Shown: one piece after another, positions 25,945-34,733 of the stretch | Position numbering within the stretch: position 1 is the stretch's first letter | Layout of the letters: every line of letters begins with the position of its first letter | NCBI GenBank assembly: GCA_965223015.1 | Contig: CBDCVL010000002.1 | Span: 387,899-451,898, forward strand | Length of the DNA: 64,000 bases | Direction: 5' to 3' | Source of the DNA: Vicinamibacterales bacterium | Lineage (GTDB): Bacteria > Acidobacteriota > Vicinamibacteria > Vicinamibacterales > UBA8438 | The notes under the pieces: model-generated | The model's database searches: none | The model's input: only the letters and a program-made list of their open reading frames with translations | Told to the model about the DNA's origin: nothing | Translations under genes and position numbers: made by a program

Positions 25945-27164
25945 CGGGACCGACCTTCGGTCAGCGTGACCCGGACGCCCGCGGGTACTTCGGACCGTAC
26001 GGGGGGAGGTTCGTTCCGGAGACGTTGGTCGAGCCGATTGAGGCGCTCGAGGAGGCCTACCGGCAGGCACGGAAGGATCCGGCCTTCACGGCCGAGCTCA
26101 CAACCCTACTGACGCACTACGTAGGTCGGCCAACCCCGATCTACGAAGCGCAGCGTCTCACCAACGCGGTGGGAGGGGCGCGCCTGTTCCTGAAACGAGA
26201 AGATCTCGCTCACACCGGCGCGCACAAGATCAACAATGCGCTCGGCCAAGGGCTCCTCGCGGTACGGATGGGAAAGCGTCGCGTCGTGGCTGAGACCGGC
26301 GCGGGGCAGCATGGGGTTGCCACGGCCACCGTGTGTGCGCTCCTGGGTCTGCAGTGTGAGGTGTACATGGGCACGGAGGACATGCGCCGGCAGGCGCCGA
26401 ATGTCTTCCGCATGAGACTTCTGGGCGCGAAGGTGACCGGTGTTGACTCGGGCAGTCGGACACTCAAGGACGCCATTAACGAGGCGATGCGCGACTGGGT
26501 GACGAACGTGTCCGACACATACTATCTGTTGGGCTCGGTTCTCGGGCCTCATCCGTATCCGCTGATGGTGCGTGAGTTCCAGTCGGTCATCGGACGTGAG
26601 GCCCGAAATCAAATACTGGCGTTGATCGGTGAGCTTCCAGCGGCCGTTGTCGCGTGTGTCGGCGGTGGAAGCAATGCACTCGGCATCTTCGACGGATTCG
26701 TGGACGACGAAGGTGTCAAACTCGTCGGCGTCGAGGCTGGTGGAGAGGCGCTGACGGCTGGCAAGCATGCGGCACGGTTTGCGACGGGTGTTGCCGGTGT
26801 TCTCCAGGGCACGCGCAGCTACATTCTGCAGGATGCGGACGGGAACATCGAGCTCACGCATTCGATCTCTGCTGGGTTGGACTACGCCGCGGTGGGGCCC
26901 GAGCATGCGTGGCTGCGCGACATGGGTCGTGCGGAGTATACGAGCGTGTCCGATCGCCAGGCTTTGGAGGCGTTTCAGACGTTGTGTCGTCTCGAAGGCA
27001 TTCTGCCCGCCCTCGAATCAGCCCATGCTGTGGCCCATGCGCAGGTTCTCTCGAAGGAAATCGGCCCGCAGGGTGCCATCCTCGTCAACTTGTCCGGGCG
27101 TGGCGACAAGGATGTTCCAGCGGTTCAGGGCGTCCTGCTCGACGAGTCGGACCGGGAGTCGTGA
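25920..27164 (+). CDS. trpB: tryptophan synthase beta chain
   Basis: 414-aa ORF. PLP-lysine motif [17 protein letters not shown]. Confidence 0.95.
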   Translation: MGNGEPPVTGPTFGQRDPDARGYFGPYGGRFVPETLVEPIEALEEAYRQARKDPAFTAELTTLLTHYVGRPTPIYEAQRLTNAVGGARLFLKREDLAHTGAHKINNALGQGLLAVRMGKRRVVAETGAGQHGVATATVCALLGLQCEVYMGTEDMRRQAPNVFRMRLLGAKVTGVDSGSRTLKDAINEAMRDWVTNVSDTYYLLGSVLGPHPYPLMVREFQSVIGREARNQILALIGELPAAVVACVGGGSNALGIFDGFVDDEGVKLVGVEAGGEALTAGKHAARFATGVAGVLQGTRSYILQDADGNIELTHSISAGLDYAAVGPEHAWLRDMGRAEYTSVSDRQALEAFQTLCRLEGILPALESAHAVAHAQVLSKEIGPQGAILVNLSGRGDKDVPAVQGVLLDESDRES

Positions 27165-27169
27165 CCAAG

Positions 27170-27967
27170 ATGTCCCGTATCGACGACACGTTCGCGCGGC
27201 TCCGCTCTTCGGGGCAGACCGGACTCGTGACATACGTCACCGCTGGGGATCCTGACGCGGAGCGGTCGGCCGCGGTTCTCCGGACACTCGACAAGTCTGG
27301 GGCCGACATCCTGGAGGTTGGTATTCCGTTTTCGGACCCGCTGGCCGATGGACCGGCGATCCAACGCGCCTCTGAGCGAGCCCTGGCTGCAGGGACGACC
27401 CTCCGTTCGAGTCTCGAGCTCATCGGGGCGATTCGAACGAGCGTGTCGGCTCCCGTCGTAGTATTCAGCTACGCGAACCCAGTCTTGGCGATGGGCTTGG
27501 ACAGCTTCATGGGCCGGGCGTCAGATGTCGGTGTCGATGGTGTTCTGGTGCTGGACCTGCCGATCGAGGAGGCAGAAGATTTGCGCAATGCCGCGGTAGC
27601 GGTCGGTATTGACCCGATCTTTCTGTTGAGCCCCACGACGACCGAGGCGAGGATTCGGAGAGCGGCGGAGTTGGGTCGGGGGTTCCTGTACGCCATATCG
27701 CGGTTGGGTGTGACGGGCGAGCGCGATACGATTGCAGAAGGTGCCCGCGAAATGGTCGACCGGATTCGCAGCGTGACCGACCGTCCAGTCGCGCTTGGCT
27801 TTGGCATCTCACGACCCGAGCAGGTAGCCGAAGTCGGACAATGGGCTGACGCAGCGGTCGTGGGCAGTGGGCTGGTCAATCGGATTGCGGCCTCGGCGGC
27901 CGGCGACAGTCTTGAGGATGACGTGCGCAACTACGTTCGGTGGCTGCGGAGCGGGCTAGTGCAATGA
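27170..27967 (+). CDS. trpA: tryptophan synthase alpha chain
   Basis: Track ORF 26654..27967 is an out-of-context 5' extension. The real start is ATG 27170 (MSRIDDTFARL..YVTAGDPD, LEVGIPFSDPLADGP). Confidence 0.9.
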   Translation: MSRIDDTFARLRSSGQTGLVTYVTAGDPDAERSAAVLRTLDKSGADILEVGIPFSDPLADGPAIQRASERALAAGTTLRSSLELIGAIRTSVSAPVVVFSYANPVLAMGLDSFMGRASDVGVDGVLVLDLPIEEAEDLRNAAVAVGIDPIFLLSPTTTEARIRRAAELGRGFLYAISRLGVTGERDTIAEGAREMVDRIRSVTDRPVALGFGISRPEQVAEVGQWADAAVVGSGLVNRIAASAAGDSLEDDVRNYVRWLRSGLVQ

Positions 27968-27979
27968 ACTGATGAACCA

Positions 27980-28312
27980 ATGAGCGATCAGTCGACAAAC
28001 AGACCGGGTGCGGGGCAGGTCGGGCCAAGCGGATTGACCGAGGACATGAAATCGCTGCGCGAGCAGATCGACCGCCTGGACGAGCAGATCGTGAGGCTGT
28101 TGAACGAACGGGCCGAACACGCGTTACAGCTTGGCGCGCTGAAGAGTGATGCCCGGATGGACACCTATCAGCCCGATCGTGAAATCGCAGTGCTTGAGCA
28201 CGCTCGTGAGGTGAACGCCGGCCCGCTCGAGGGGGACGCTATCACACGCCTGTTCGAACGAATCATCGATGAGAACCGCCGTCTGGAGCGTTTATCCGAA
28301 GGGGACGACTGA
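27980..28312 (+). CDS. chorismate mutase (monofunctional AroQ type)
   Basis: 110-aa ORF. LREQIDRLDEQIVRLLNERAEHALQLGALK helical CM_2 pattern. Confidence 0.8.
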   Translation: MSDQSTNRPGAGQVGPSGLTEDMKSLREQIDRLDEQIVRLLNERAEHALQLGALKSDARMDTYQPDREIAVLEHAREVNAGPLEGDAITRLFERIIDENRRLERLSEGDD

Positions 28313-28357
28313 TACACCGGAGCGCGACGGTCCGGTTGAGGGTATGGAGGCAGAAGC

Positions 28358-29407
28358 ATGGTTGTGGTCATGGAAGAGCGCGCATCAGAAGATCAGATTC
28401 AGCATGTCATCGCGACGCTGGTCGAGAAGGAGTTCGATGTGCACCGGTCCACAGGGGCATTGAGGACCGTCCTGGGCGCCGTCGGCGGCCATCGAGGCTT
28501 CGACACCCGACTCATTGAGGTGATGGGCGGTGTGCACGAAGTGCTGCGGATTACAGAGCCGTATAAGCTCGCCAGTCGAACCTTCAAGCCGGAACGGACG
28601 ATCGTTTCGGTGGGAGACCTGCGGATCGGAGGTGACGAAGTCATCGTGATGGCCGGTCCCTGCTCGGCGGAGAACGAGGCGCAGGTAGAGGCCGCGGCCG
28701 CGGCGGTGAGTAAGGCCGGCGCAAAGGTGTTCCGGGGCGGCGCCTTCAAACCGCGCAGCTCGCCTTACAGCTTCCAGGGGCTTGGCGAAGAAGGGCTACG
28801 CCTGTTACGTGACGCCGCCGATCATCACAATCTCAAGCTCGTGTCAGAGGTCATGGACGTGAGTCAGATAGGCCTGCTGACGAAGTACGCCGACATCCTG
28901 CAGGTCGGTGCACGGAATATGCAGAACTATACGCTGCTCCGTGAGCTCGGGAAGATCAGGGTGCCCGTTCTCCTCAAGCGTGGTATCTCTGCCACGATCG
29001 AGGAGTGGCTGCTGTCTGCCGAGTATGTGCTGTCGGGCGGCAACTCCGATGTCGTCTTGTGCGAACGCGGAATCCGAACGTTCGAGACCTACACTCGAAA
29101 TACGTTGGACATCTCCGCCATCCCGGTCATTCACAAGCTCAGTCATCTGCCGATCGTGGCCGATCCGAGCCATGGCATCGGTATCCGGGACAAAGTCGCT
29201 CCGATGGCCCGTGCGGCCGTGGCGGCGGGTGCCGACGGTTTGATCATCGAGGTTCACCCCGACCCAGACCACGCGCTGAGTGACGGGGCTCAGTCGCTCT
29301 TCCCTGAGCAGTTTGACCGTCTGATGGCGGAGGTACGGATCATTGCACCGGCGATCGGCCGAAGCGTGTGTGTCGAGCCAGTGCCCCGACGAGGGTGGGG
29401 GACGTAG
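28358..29407 (+). CDS. 3-deoxy-7-phosphoheptulonate (DAHP) synthase, class I-beta with N-terminal ACT/ferredoxin-like regulatory domain
   Basis: 349-aa ORF. ~70-aa N-terminal domain, then [24 protein letters not shown]. Confidence 0.85.
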   Translation: MVVVMEERASEDQIQHVIATLVEKEFDVHRSTGALRTVLGAVGGHRGFDTRLIEVMGGVHEVLRITEPYKLASRTFKPERTIVSVGDLRIGGDEVIVMAGPCSAENEAQVEAAAAAVSKAGAKVFRGGAFKPRSSPYSFQGLGEEGLRLLRDAADHHNLKLVSEVMDVSQIGLLTKYADILQVGARNMQNYTLLRELGKIRVPVLLKRGISATIEEWLLSAEYVLSGGNSDVVLCERGIRTFETYTRNTLDISAIPVIHKLSHLPIVADPSHGIGIRDKVAPMARAAVAAGADGLIIEVHPDPDHALSDGAQSLFPEQFDRLMAEVRIIAPAIGRSVCVEPVPRRGWGT

Positions 29408-29440
29408 AGGTCCTCAGAGAACCCCCGGTGTCATCACGCG

Positions 29441-30358
29441 ATGTCAGATAACCGCCAGCTTCCGGTCATTCAACCAGGATCCACGCAAGGTGCGCCTCCG
29501 GTCTTCGAGAAGGTCGCGATTGTCGGTCTTGGTCTGATCGGGGGGTCGATCGCGCTGGCTGCGCGAGAGGTATGGCCCAGCGGTCTGGTCATCGGTGTCG
29601 ACAATGCCGATGTGCTCGAGCGGGCGATGGTCCATCACGCCATCGACGTTGCGGCTGACGACCCCGTCGTGATGTCTGAGGCCGACCTCGTCATCTTGGC
29701 TGCCCCGGTTGCACAGAACATCGAGTTGCTGGATGACCTCGCGGAGCACGTGCCTGGTTCGGCGATTGTGACCGATGTGGGTAGTACGAAGCGGGAAGTC
29801 GTCGAACAGGCGCGACGATTGCCCTCCCGGTTGACATTCATCGGTGGTCATCCGCTGGGCGGAGCGCCTCAGGGCGGAATTGATTATGCCAGAGCGGACC
29901 TGTTCAAGGGGAGACCGTGGCTGTTCACCCCGACCGACGATAGCCAGGCAGCGCCACTTGAACGGCTCCGGGCGTTTGCGACGGCGCTCGGTGCCGAACC
30001 GCACGTGATGACGGCGACAGAGCACGACCGGCTGTTGGCGTATGTATCGCACCTCCCTCAGCTCGCAGCTTCTGCGTTGATGCGAGTGGTTGGAGATGAA
30101 GCAGGGCAGGCCGGGTTGGCGCTCACGGGGAGAGGCCTGGCCGACACGACCCGTCTCGCCGCGAGCCCGGCAACCATCTGGCGTGACATCTGCTCGACAA
30201 ACACCGACCAAATCCGACGGGCGCTAGATGGTCTGATTGCCGAACTCGAAGGGCTCAGAGATGGTCTTGACGAAGCTGAGGCGATCGACGAGGTCTTCGC
30301 CGCCGCGGCGGCCTGGCGTGCCGCGCTTCCAGGCAGACGTAGGGACCCTCAGGGGTAG
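29441..30358 (+). CDS. tyrA: prephenate dehydrogenase
   Basis: 305-aa ORF. Rossmann VAIVGLGLIGGS, GGHPLGG. Confidence 0.85.
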   Translation: MSDNRQLPVIQPGSTQGAPPVFEKVAIVGLGLIGGSIALAAREVWPSGLVIGVDNADVLERAMVHHAIDVAADDPVVMSEADLVILAAPVAQNIELLDDLAEHVPGSAIVTDVGSTKREVVEQARRLPSRLTFIGGHPLGGAPQGGIDYARADLFKGRPWLFTPTDDSQAAPLERLRAFATALGAEPHVMTATEHDRLLAYVSHLPQLAASALMRVVGDEAGQAGLALTGRGLADTTRLAASPATIWRDICSTNTDQIRRALDGLIAELEGLRDGLDEAEAIDEVFAAAAAWRAALPGRRRDPQG

Positions 30359-30377
30359 GCATGCGTTATCGGCCGCC

Positions 30378-30405
30378 CGGCGGTGGTTGTACGGCGGTGG
30401 TTGCA
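30378..30405. repeat. 14-bp tandem duplication CGGCGGTGGTTGTA / CGGCGGTGGTTGCA
   Basis: Read directly in the convergent intergenic region after tyrA. Confidence 0.7.
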
Positions 30406-30425
30406 CGGCCTGCTGACGTCAGACC

Positions 30426-30887
30426 TTAATCGAAAGGCCTGCCGCCGCGGACTTCAATCGTCGTGCGTTCTGATGCGACGACGTCGTCACGTTGCTTCAG
30501 GTTGAGGCGAACCTCGTACGATCCCCCAACACTGAAGCGGTGGCGCATCGAATAACGACGCCGGATCTCGCTGACACCGGGTTCGTATGGGTCGCAGTCC
30601 GGAGTCGACTCGGATCGCGTGCCATCATCCCACTCCCATTCGACGCTGGCGCAGTACAGGGGCTCGTAGTCATCGGGTCCACCCCGGAGCTCGGCCAGGA
30701 CGAGTATCTCTGCGGGGGCAAACGCCACACGCGGTGACGCCCGGAGCCTGAGCTCGGGCTCGCCATCTTCCTCTTCCTGGCCCAAAAGGCTTCCATGACC
30801 CGCCAGGAGCAGACACGCTGCGCCGAGGAGGGACACAACGCCCCACCGATAGCGGGACGAGCGATGTTGAACCATCTGAATCCACAT
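30426..30887 (-). CDS. hypothetical secreted protein
   Basis: 153-aa ORF with signal-like VVSLLGAACLLLAG. No motif recognised. Confidence 0.5.
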   Translation of the reverse strand: MWIQMVQHRSSRYRWGVVSLLGAACLLLAGHGSLLGQEEEDGEPELRLRASPRVAFAPAEILVLAELRGGPDDYEPLYCASVEWEWDDGTRSESTPDCDPYEPGVSEIRRRYSMRHRFSVGGSYEVRLNLKQRDDVVASERTTIEVRGGRPFD

Positions 30888-30926
30888 GTCAGTACCGTAT
30901 CTTCATTCTAGACGGCTCTGCCGCAG

Positions 30927-30954
30927 TCGACCAAGTCGTCGCGTTACGTATAAT
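30927..30954 (+). promoter_or_regulatory. sigma-70-like promoter TCGACC-16-TATAAT placing the TSS at or next to the pepA ATG (leaderless candidate)
   Basis: The consensus TATAAT (30949-30954) ends 6 nt before ATG 30961. No SD is possible. Confidence 0.45.
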
Positions 30955-30960
30955 CCGCGG

Positions 30961-32481
30961 ATGACTGACAACCGTTCCGAGCCTGTGCTGCGCGTCAGCT
31001 CTGCTGCGCCGACCGATGTGGCCACCGATCTTCTCGTCGTACCCATCTTTGAGCAGGACACCCTGTCTGACCCAGCCTTGGACGGCCTGGACCTTGCGAC
31101 CGGTGGCGAGATCGCGCGAGCCCGGGAGAGCGGTGAATTCCGCCCGAAACCGAACGAGCTGTTCGTGACGCCACTGGGTGCGGAGAAATGGGCAGCACGC
31201 CGGCTCGCGCTGGTTGGTGTTGGCGAGAATGGGGAAGGCGGACTCGAGCGATTACGTACAGCTGCTGCCACGGTTGCGAAGGATGCCCGTCGCCGTCGGA
31301 TTCGGCGGTTGGCCGTTGTGCTGAGAGACGGATTCCCGAGTGGCGATGCTGCACAGGCGGTCGCGGAAGGGCTTCTCCTGGGTGGTTTTGAAGACCACCG
31401 CTACCGAACTGCCGATGACTCTGGAGTGTTGCCGACGCTGGACAGTTGCGAGATCGTGGCGACGAGTGGGGAAGGTGACGCCCTTGAGGAGACTCTGCGC
31501 AAGGGCGTGGTCCTTGCGACCGCGTCGAACCTCGCTCGAGAGCTTTCCAACGAGCCGGCCAATTTTCTTACACCGGCGATCTTCGCAGACCGCGCCCAGG
31601 CGCACGTCGCCGACCAGGGCATCACCGTCGACGTCCTCGAGGAGGAGGCGATTCGGAAGCTTGGAATGGGCCTGCTCTTGGGCGTCGCGCGTGGAAGCAG
31701 CGAGCCTCCGAGGCTGGTTGTGATGCGACATATGCCTGCAGGTGCACCCGATCAACCGGTACTCGGGTTGGTTGGAAAGGGCGTCACGTTCGACAGTGGC
31801 GGCATCTCCATCAAGCCGGCCGATGGGATGGATCTCATGAAGCGAGACATGGCGGGTGGCGCCGCGGTGGTCGGTGCGATGCGCGCCATCGGGGAGCTAA
31901 AGCTCGGGGTACGCGTGATCGGCATCGTCCCCATGGTAGAGAACATGCCCGGAGGTCGGGCGGCGAAGCCAGGAGATGTGTTGACGAGCGCGAGTGGGAA
32001 GACCGTGGAGGTCCTCAACACAGACGCTGAGGGGCGCCTGATCTTGGGCGATGCTCTCTGGTACGCCCAACACCTTGGTGCAACACACTTGGTCGACGTG
32101 GCGACGCTGACCGGTGCGTGTGTCGTTGCGCTTGGAAAGGTCGCGAGCGGACTATTCGGGAACCCCACGTCATGGGTGGAGACGGTCCAGAAGGCGGCAG
32201 CGCGTTCGGGCGAACGCGTGTGGCCTCTACCACTGTATGAGGACTACCGGGAACAGCTCCGATCGGAAATCGCCGACCTCGTGAACACAGGTGGCCGCGC
32301 TGGAGGTGCCTGTACGGCTGCCGCGTTCCTGCAAGCGTTTGCCGAGGAAACGCCGTGGGCGCACGTTGACATTGCAGGAACGGCCTGGTTGGAGGAAGCC
32401 CGATCAGATTCGACGAAGGGGGCAACAGGTGTCATGGTCCGAACGCTCGTGGAGTTGGCAGCGCGGAGCTCGAGCTGGTAG
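30961..32481 (+). CDS. pepA: leucyl aminopeptidase (M17)
   Basis: Track ORF 30886..32481, start moved to ATG 30961. VGKGVTFDSGGISIKP, NTDAEGRL. Confidence 0.9.
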   Translation: MTDNRSEPVLRVSSAAPTDVATDLLVVPIFEQDTLSDPALDGLDLATGGEIARARESGEFRPKPNELFVTPLGAEKWAARRLALVGVGENGEGGLERLRTAAATVAKDARRRRIRRLAVVLRDGFPSGDAAQAVAEGLLLGGFEDHRYRTADDSGVLPTLDSCEIVATSGEGDALEETLRKGVVLATASNLARELSNEPANFLTPAIFADRAQAHVADQGITVDVLEEEAIRKLGMGLLLGVARGSSEPPRLVVMRHMPAGAPDQPVLGLVGKGVTFDSGGISIKPADGMDLMKRDMAGGAAVVGAMRAIGELKLGVRVIGIVPMVENMPGGRAAKPGDVLTSASGKTVEVLNTDAEGRLILGDALWYAQHLGATHLVDVATLTGACVVALGKVASGLFGNPTSWVETVQKAAARSGERVWPLPLYEDYREQLRSEIADLVNTGGRAGGACTAAAFLQAFAEETPWAHVDIAGTAWLEEARSDSTKGATGVMVRTLVELAARSSSW

Positions 32482-32502
32482 CCTCTCGTCCGGGATCGAT
32501 TC

Positions 32503-32781
32503 ATGATGATGCAGCCGCAGCCCGCCACGGTCTATGAGACAGTGCAGCCGTCGACGGCGGAGACAACGATTGCCGACGTTCTCCTTGGAGCCGTCTCGAT
32601 GGTGCTGGGTCTGGCCGCGTTGGCGCTTGTTCTGGGGATTGGTTGTGCCGCCGTCATGATTGCCTTCCGTCGGTTCCGCGGTGACGGTCGAACCACGGCG
32701 GGTGGCGCTGGCGCAACTCGACTCGGACTGGACGCGTCGACGACCTCAGGAAGTCCAACGCCCCCGAAGAGCATTCCTTAG
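32503..32781 (+). CDS. small membrane protein, hypothetical
   Basis: 92-aa ORF with one strong TM helix (LLGAVSMVLGLAALALVLGIGCAAVMIAF). Confidence 0.45.
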   Translation: MMMQPQPATVYETVQPSTAETTIADVLLGAVSMVLGLAALALVLGIGCAAVMIAFRRFRGDGRTTAGGAGATRLGLDASTTSGSPTPPKSIP

Positions 32782-32881
32782 ATGGGGCTGGTGCCCCAAA
32801 CCCCTCGCCGTCGCTCGCGGGGGGGGCCACTGCCCCCCGCCGCTCCGGCGGGGGCGCGCCGTGCACGCCCTGGCGACACGC
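32780..32881 (+). repeat. GC-rich hairpin repeat, family R2, copy A (weaker extension to 32903)
   Basis: Begins inside the TAG stop of the upstream gene. Shares hairpins GGGGC-loop-GCCCC, CGCGGGG..CCCCGCG and CCGC-UCCG-GCGG with copies B and C. Confidence 0.85.
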
Positions 32882-32939
32882 CTGCGAAAGACGAGTTGGT
32901 GTCCTGACAGGACACGAGGGCACGGTTGCGGCGTCTGGC

Positions 32940-34676
32940 CTAGTGGGTGTTCGCGAGTGCGACGACCGGTTCGGTACCCAGCGAGTACTGGTAGCGCAGG
33001 AGACCATCGAAGAGAGCATCGACCAACCGGTCGCGGTAGGCATCGGTGGCAAGCAGTGTCGCGTCCTGGTCGTTGGTCAGGAATGAGATCTCAGACAGAA
33101 TGCTCGGCATGCGTGCCCCGATCAGCACGACGAAGGGTGCCTGCTTGACGCCAAGGTCTGGAATGGTCGGATCGAGTGGCCGGAGCTTCCGGATCATCGC
33201 GTCCTGGACGACCTGCGCGAAGTCGCGAGATTCATCGAGCTTACTGTTGGCGGCGATGGCCTGCAGGAGACCATCAAGATGCTTCATGGTTGCGAGGCCG
33301 CCGACGTTCTCACGAACGGCAAGGGTCTCGGCCTCGGTGTCGGCAGCAAAGTCGAGAAAATACGTTTCGATGCCTCGAGCCGTCGGGTCATCGCTGGCGT
33401 TGGCGTGAAGCGATAAGAAGAGGTCGGCCTCGACGCTGTTCGCCAGGGTTGTTCGAGCCTCGAGAGGAAGATACTCGTCGCCGCGGCGGGTGAGGACCAC
33501 TTCCAAATCGGGCTGTGTCGATTCAATCCGTGCCTCGAGCCGGAGCGCGAGGTCAAGAACAAGGTCGGCTTCGCTAATACCGGGGCCTCTGGCGCCAGGG
33601 TCATGTCCGCCGTGACCAGGATCGATCACGATTCTCGAAACACCAAGGCCCAGCTGTCTGGCGACCGAGTACAGACCATCGGAGTTGAGCGACGGCGGTG
33701 CGGCAGGTGACGGGATTGGGTCGAGACGTCGCTCCGTCACGACCTCATCCTCCTCCAATCGCGGGGCCACGAATGCCTCAGCGCCGGGGCGAAAGGCCGC
33801 CCACGCGGGTGGTGGCAGCGGTTCGACAGGCGTTCCAATAAATGAAAGCGGGACAAGGGGTGGAGGTACCAGCTCGATTGGGTTCGATCCGGTCGCATGG
33901 GCAACCGTCGCGGGGGGCAGCGCGCGGCGGCAATCAACCACGAGACGGAATGGATCGTAGAGCGTGAAGGCATGACAGCCGTCGCTCGCTTCGGCGTCGA
34001 GCACGACGCGCGTGACGTCATTCGAATGACGTCCTAGTCTTATCGACCGAACGATGTCATCGTCTTCGGGAAAGTCTAGCGTGGCATTGCGAAGTTCCGT
34101 TGGCGCCTGTGTGCCCCGTAGGTCAAAGAAGATCCTGGCGGGGCTGGGCAGCTCTTCGGAGTAGAAGGTCACTTCCCGGTCGAACGTCATGGTGACTCGC
34201 ACCACCTCTGGGAGACTCTCGCGGCTGATCCCGTTGAGCCAGGCGATTTCTGTTAGAGCCTGAAGGCGCCGGAGACGTTCTGGGACCCGGCCAGCGAACG
34301 AGCTCGCTGGATGGTTGTGTGCCAGGAGGCGAAGGAGTCGCACACCGGTTTCGAGATCCTGTGGCTGGCGATACCGGTCGTAGGCTTCGAGGGCGAGCCC
34401 CGCGCCTTGCCACAGCGAGTGGTCGTCGAAGGCACTCAGGGGAAAGCGGCGGACAATCGCCTCGTATCGAGAAATCGCCGCGCGCAAGTCGTTCAGGCTC
34501 GGATGCAGGCCCGGCTGCCGTAAACCTCTCTCGTCCGCCAGGGCGGCCGTGTAGAGCGTCTCCGGCTCGGCTTCGGCGCGGAGCGTGACCGCCAGCGTGC
34601 TGGCCGTCAGGGACAGGACGGCCATGAGGGGCCACACCTGCCGAAGGAACGGGACAACATACAGTCGTTTCATCAT
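32940..34676 (-). CDS. N-acetylmuramoyl-L-alanine amidase (Amidase_3) with TPR-like and AMIN-like N-terminal regions
   Basis: Track ORF 32940..34721, start at ATG 34676. IVIDPGHGGHDPGA, LFLSLHANA. Confidence 0.8.
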   Translation of the reverse strand: MMKRLYVVPFLRQVWPLMAVLSLTASTLAVTLRAEAEPETLYTAALADERGLRQPGLHPSLNDLRAAISRYEAIVRRFPLSAFDDHSLWQGAGLALEAYDRYRQPQDLETGVRLLRLLAHNHPASSFAGRVPERLRRLQALTEIAWLNGISRESLPEVVRVTMTFDREVTFYSEELPSPARIFFDLRGTQAPTELRNATLDFPEDDDIVRSIRLGRHSNDVTRVVLDAEASDGCHAFTLYDPFRLVVDCRRALPPATVAHATGSNPIELVPPPLVPLSFIGTPVEPLPPPAWAAFRPGAEAFVAPRLEEDEVVTERRLDPIPSPAAPPSLNSDGLYSVARQLGLGVSRIVIDPGHGGHDPGARGPGISEADLVLDLALRLEARIESTQPDLEVVLTRRGDEYLPLEARTTLANSVEADLFLSLHANASDDPTARGIETYFLDFAADTEAETLAVRENVGGLATMKHLDGLLQAIAANSKLDESRDFAQVVQDAMIRKLRPLDPTIPDLGVKQAPFVVLIGARMPSILSEISFLTNDQDATLLATDAYRDRLVDALFDGLLRYQYSLGTEPVVALANTH

Positions 34677-34733
34677 GATGCACCTCGGAGATAGCGCACT
34701 CGCCTCTCCTATCGGGCGCATGGACCGAAAACC

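Noticed and set aside
20346-26070. Long minus-strand track ORFs across the trp genes (for example 20346..21395, 22659..23603, 24847..26070).
   Set aside because: They are antisense to genes with unmistakable Trp-pathway motifs. Their translations are R/P/A/G-rich low-complexity sequence, typical of shadow ORFs in GC-rich DNA.
26654-27169. 5' extension of the trpA ORF, and similar extensions of 8214..10514, 49246..50736, 13876..15117 and 22800..23411.
   Set aside because: The extensions overlap real upstream genes or repeat elements and have non-protein-like sequence. Conserved N-termini begin at the internal starts given in the feature list.
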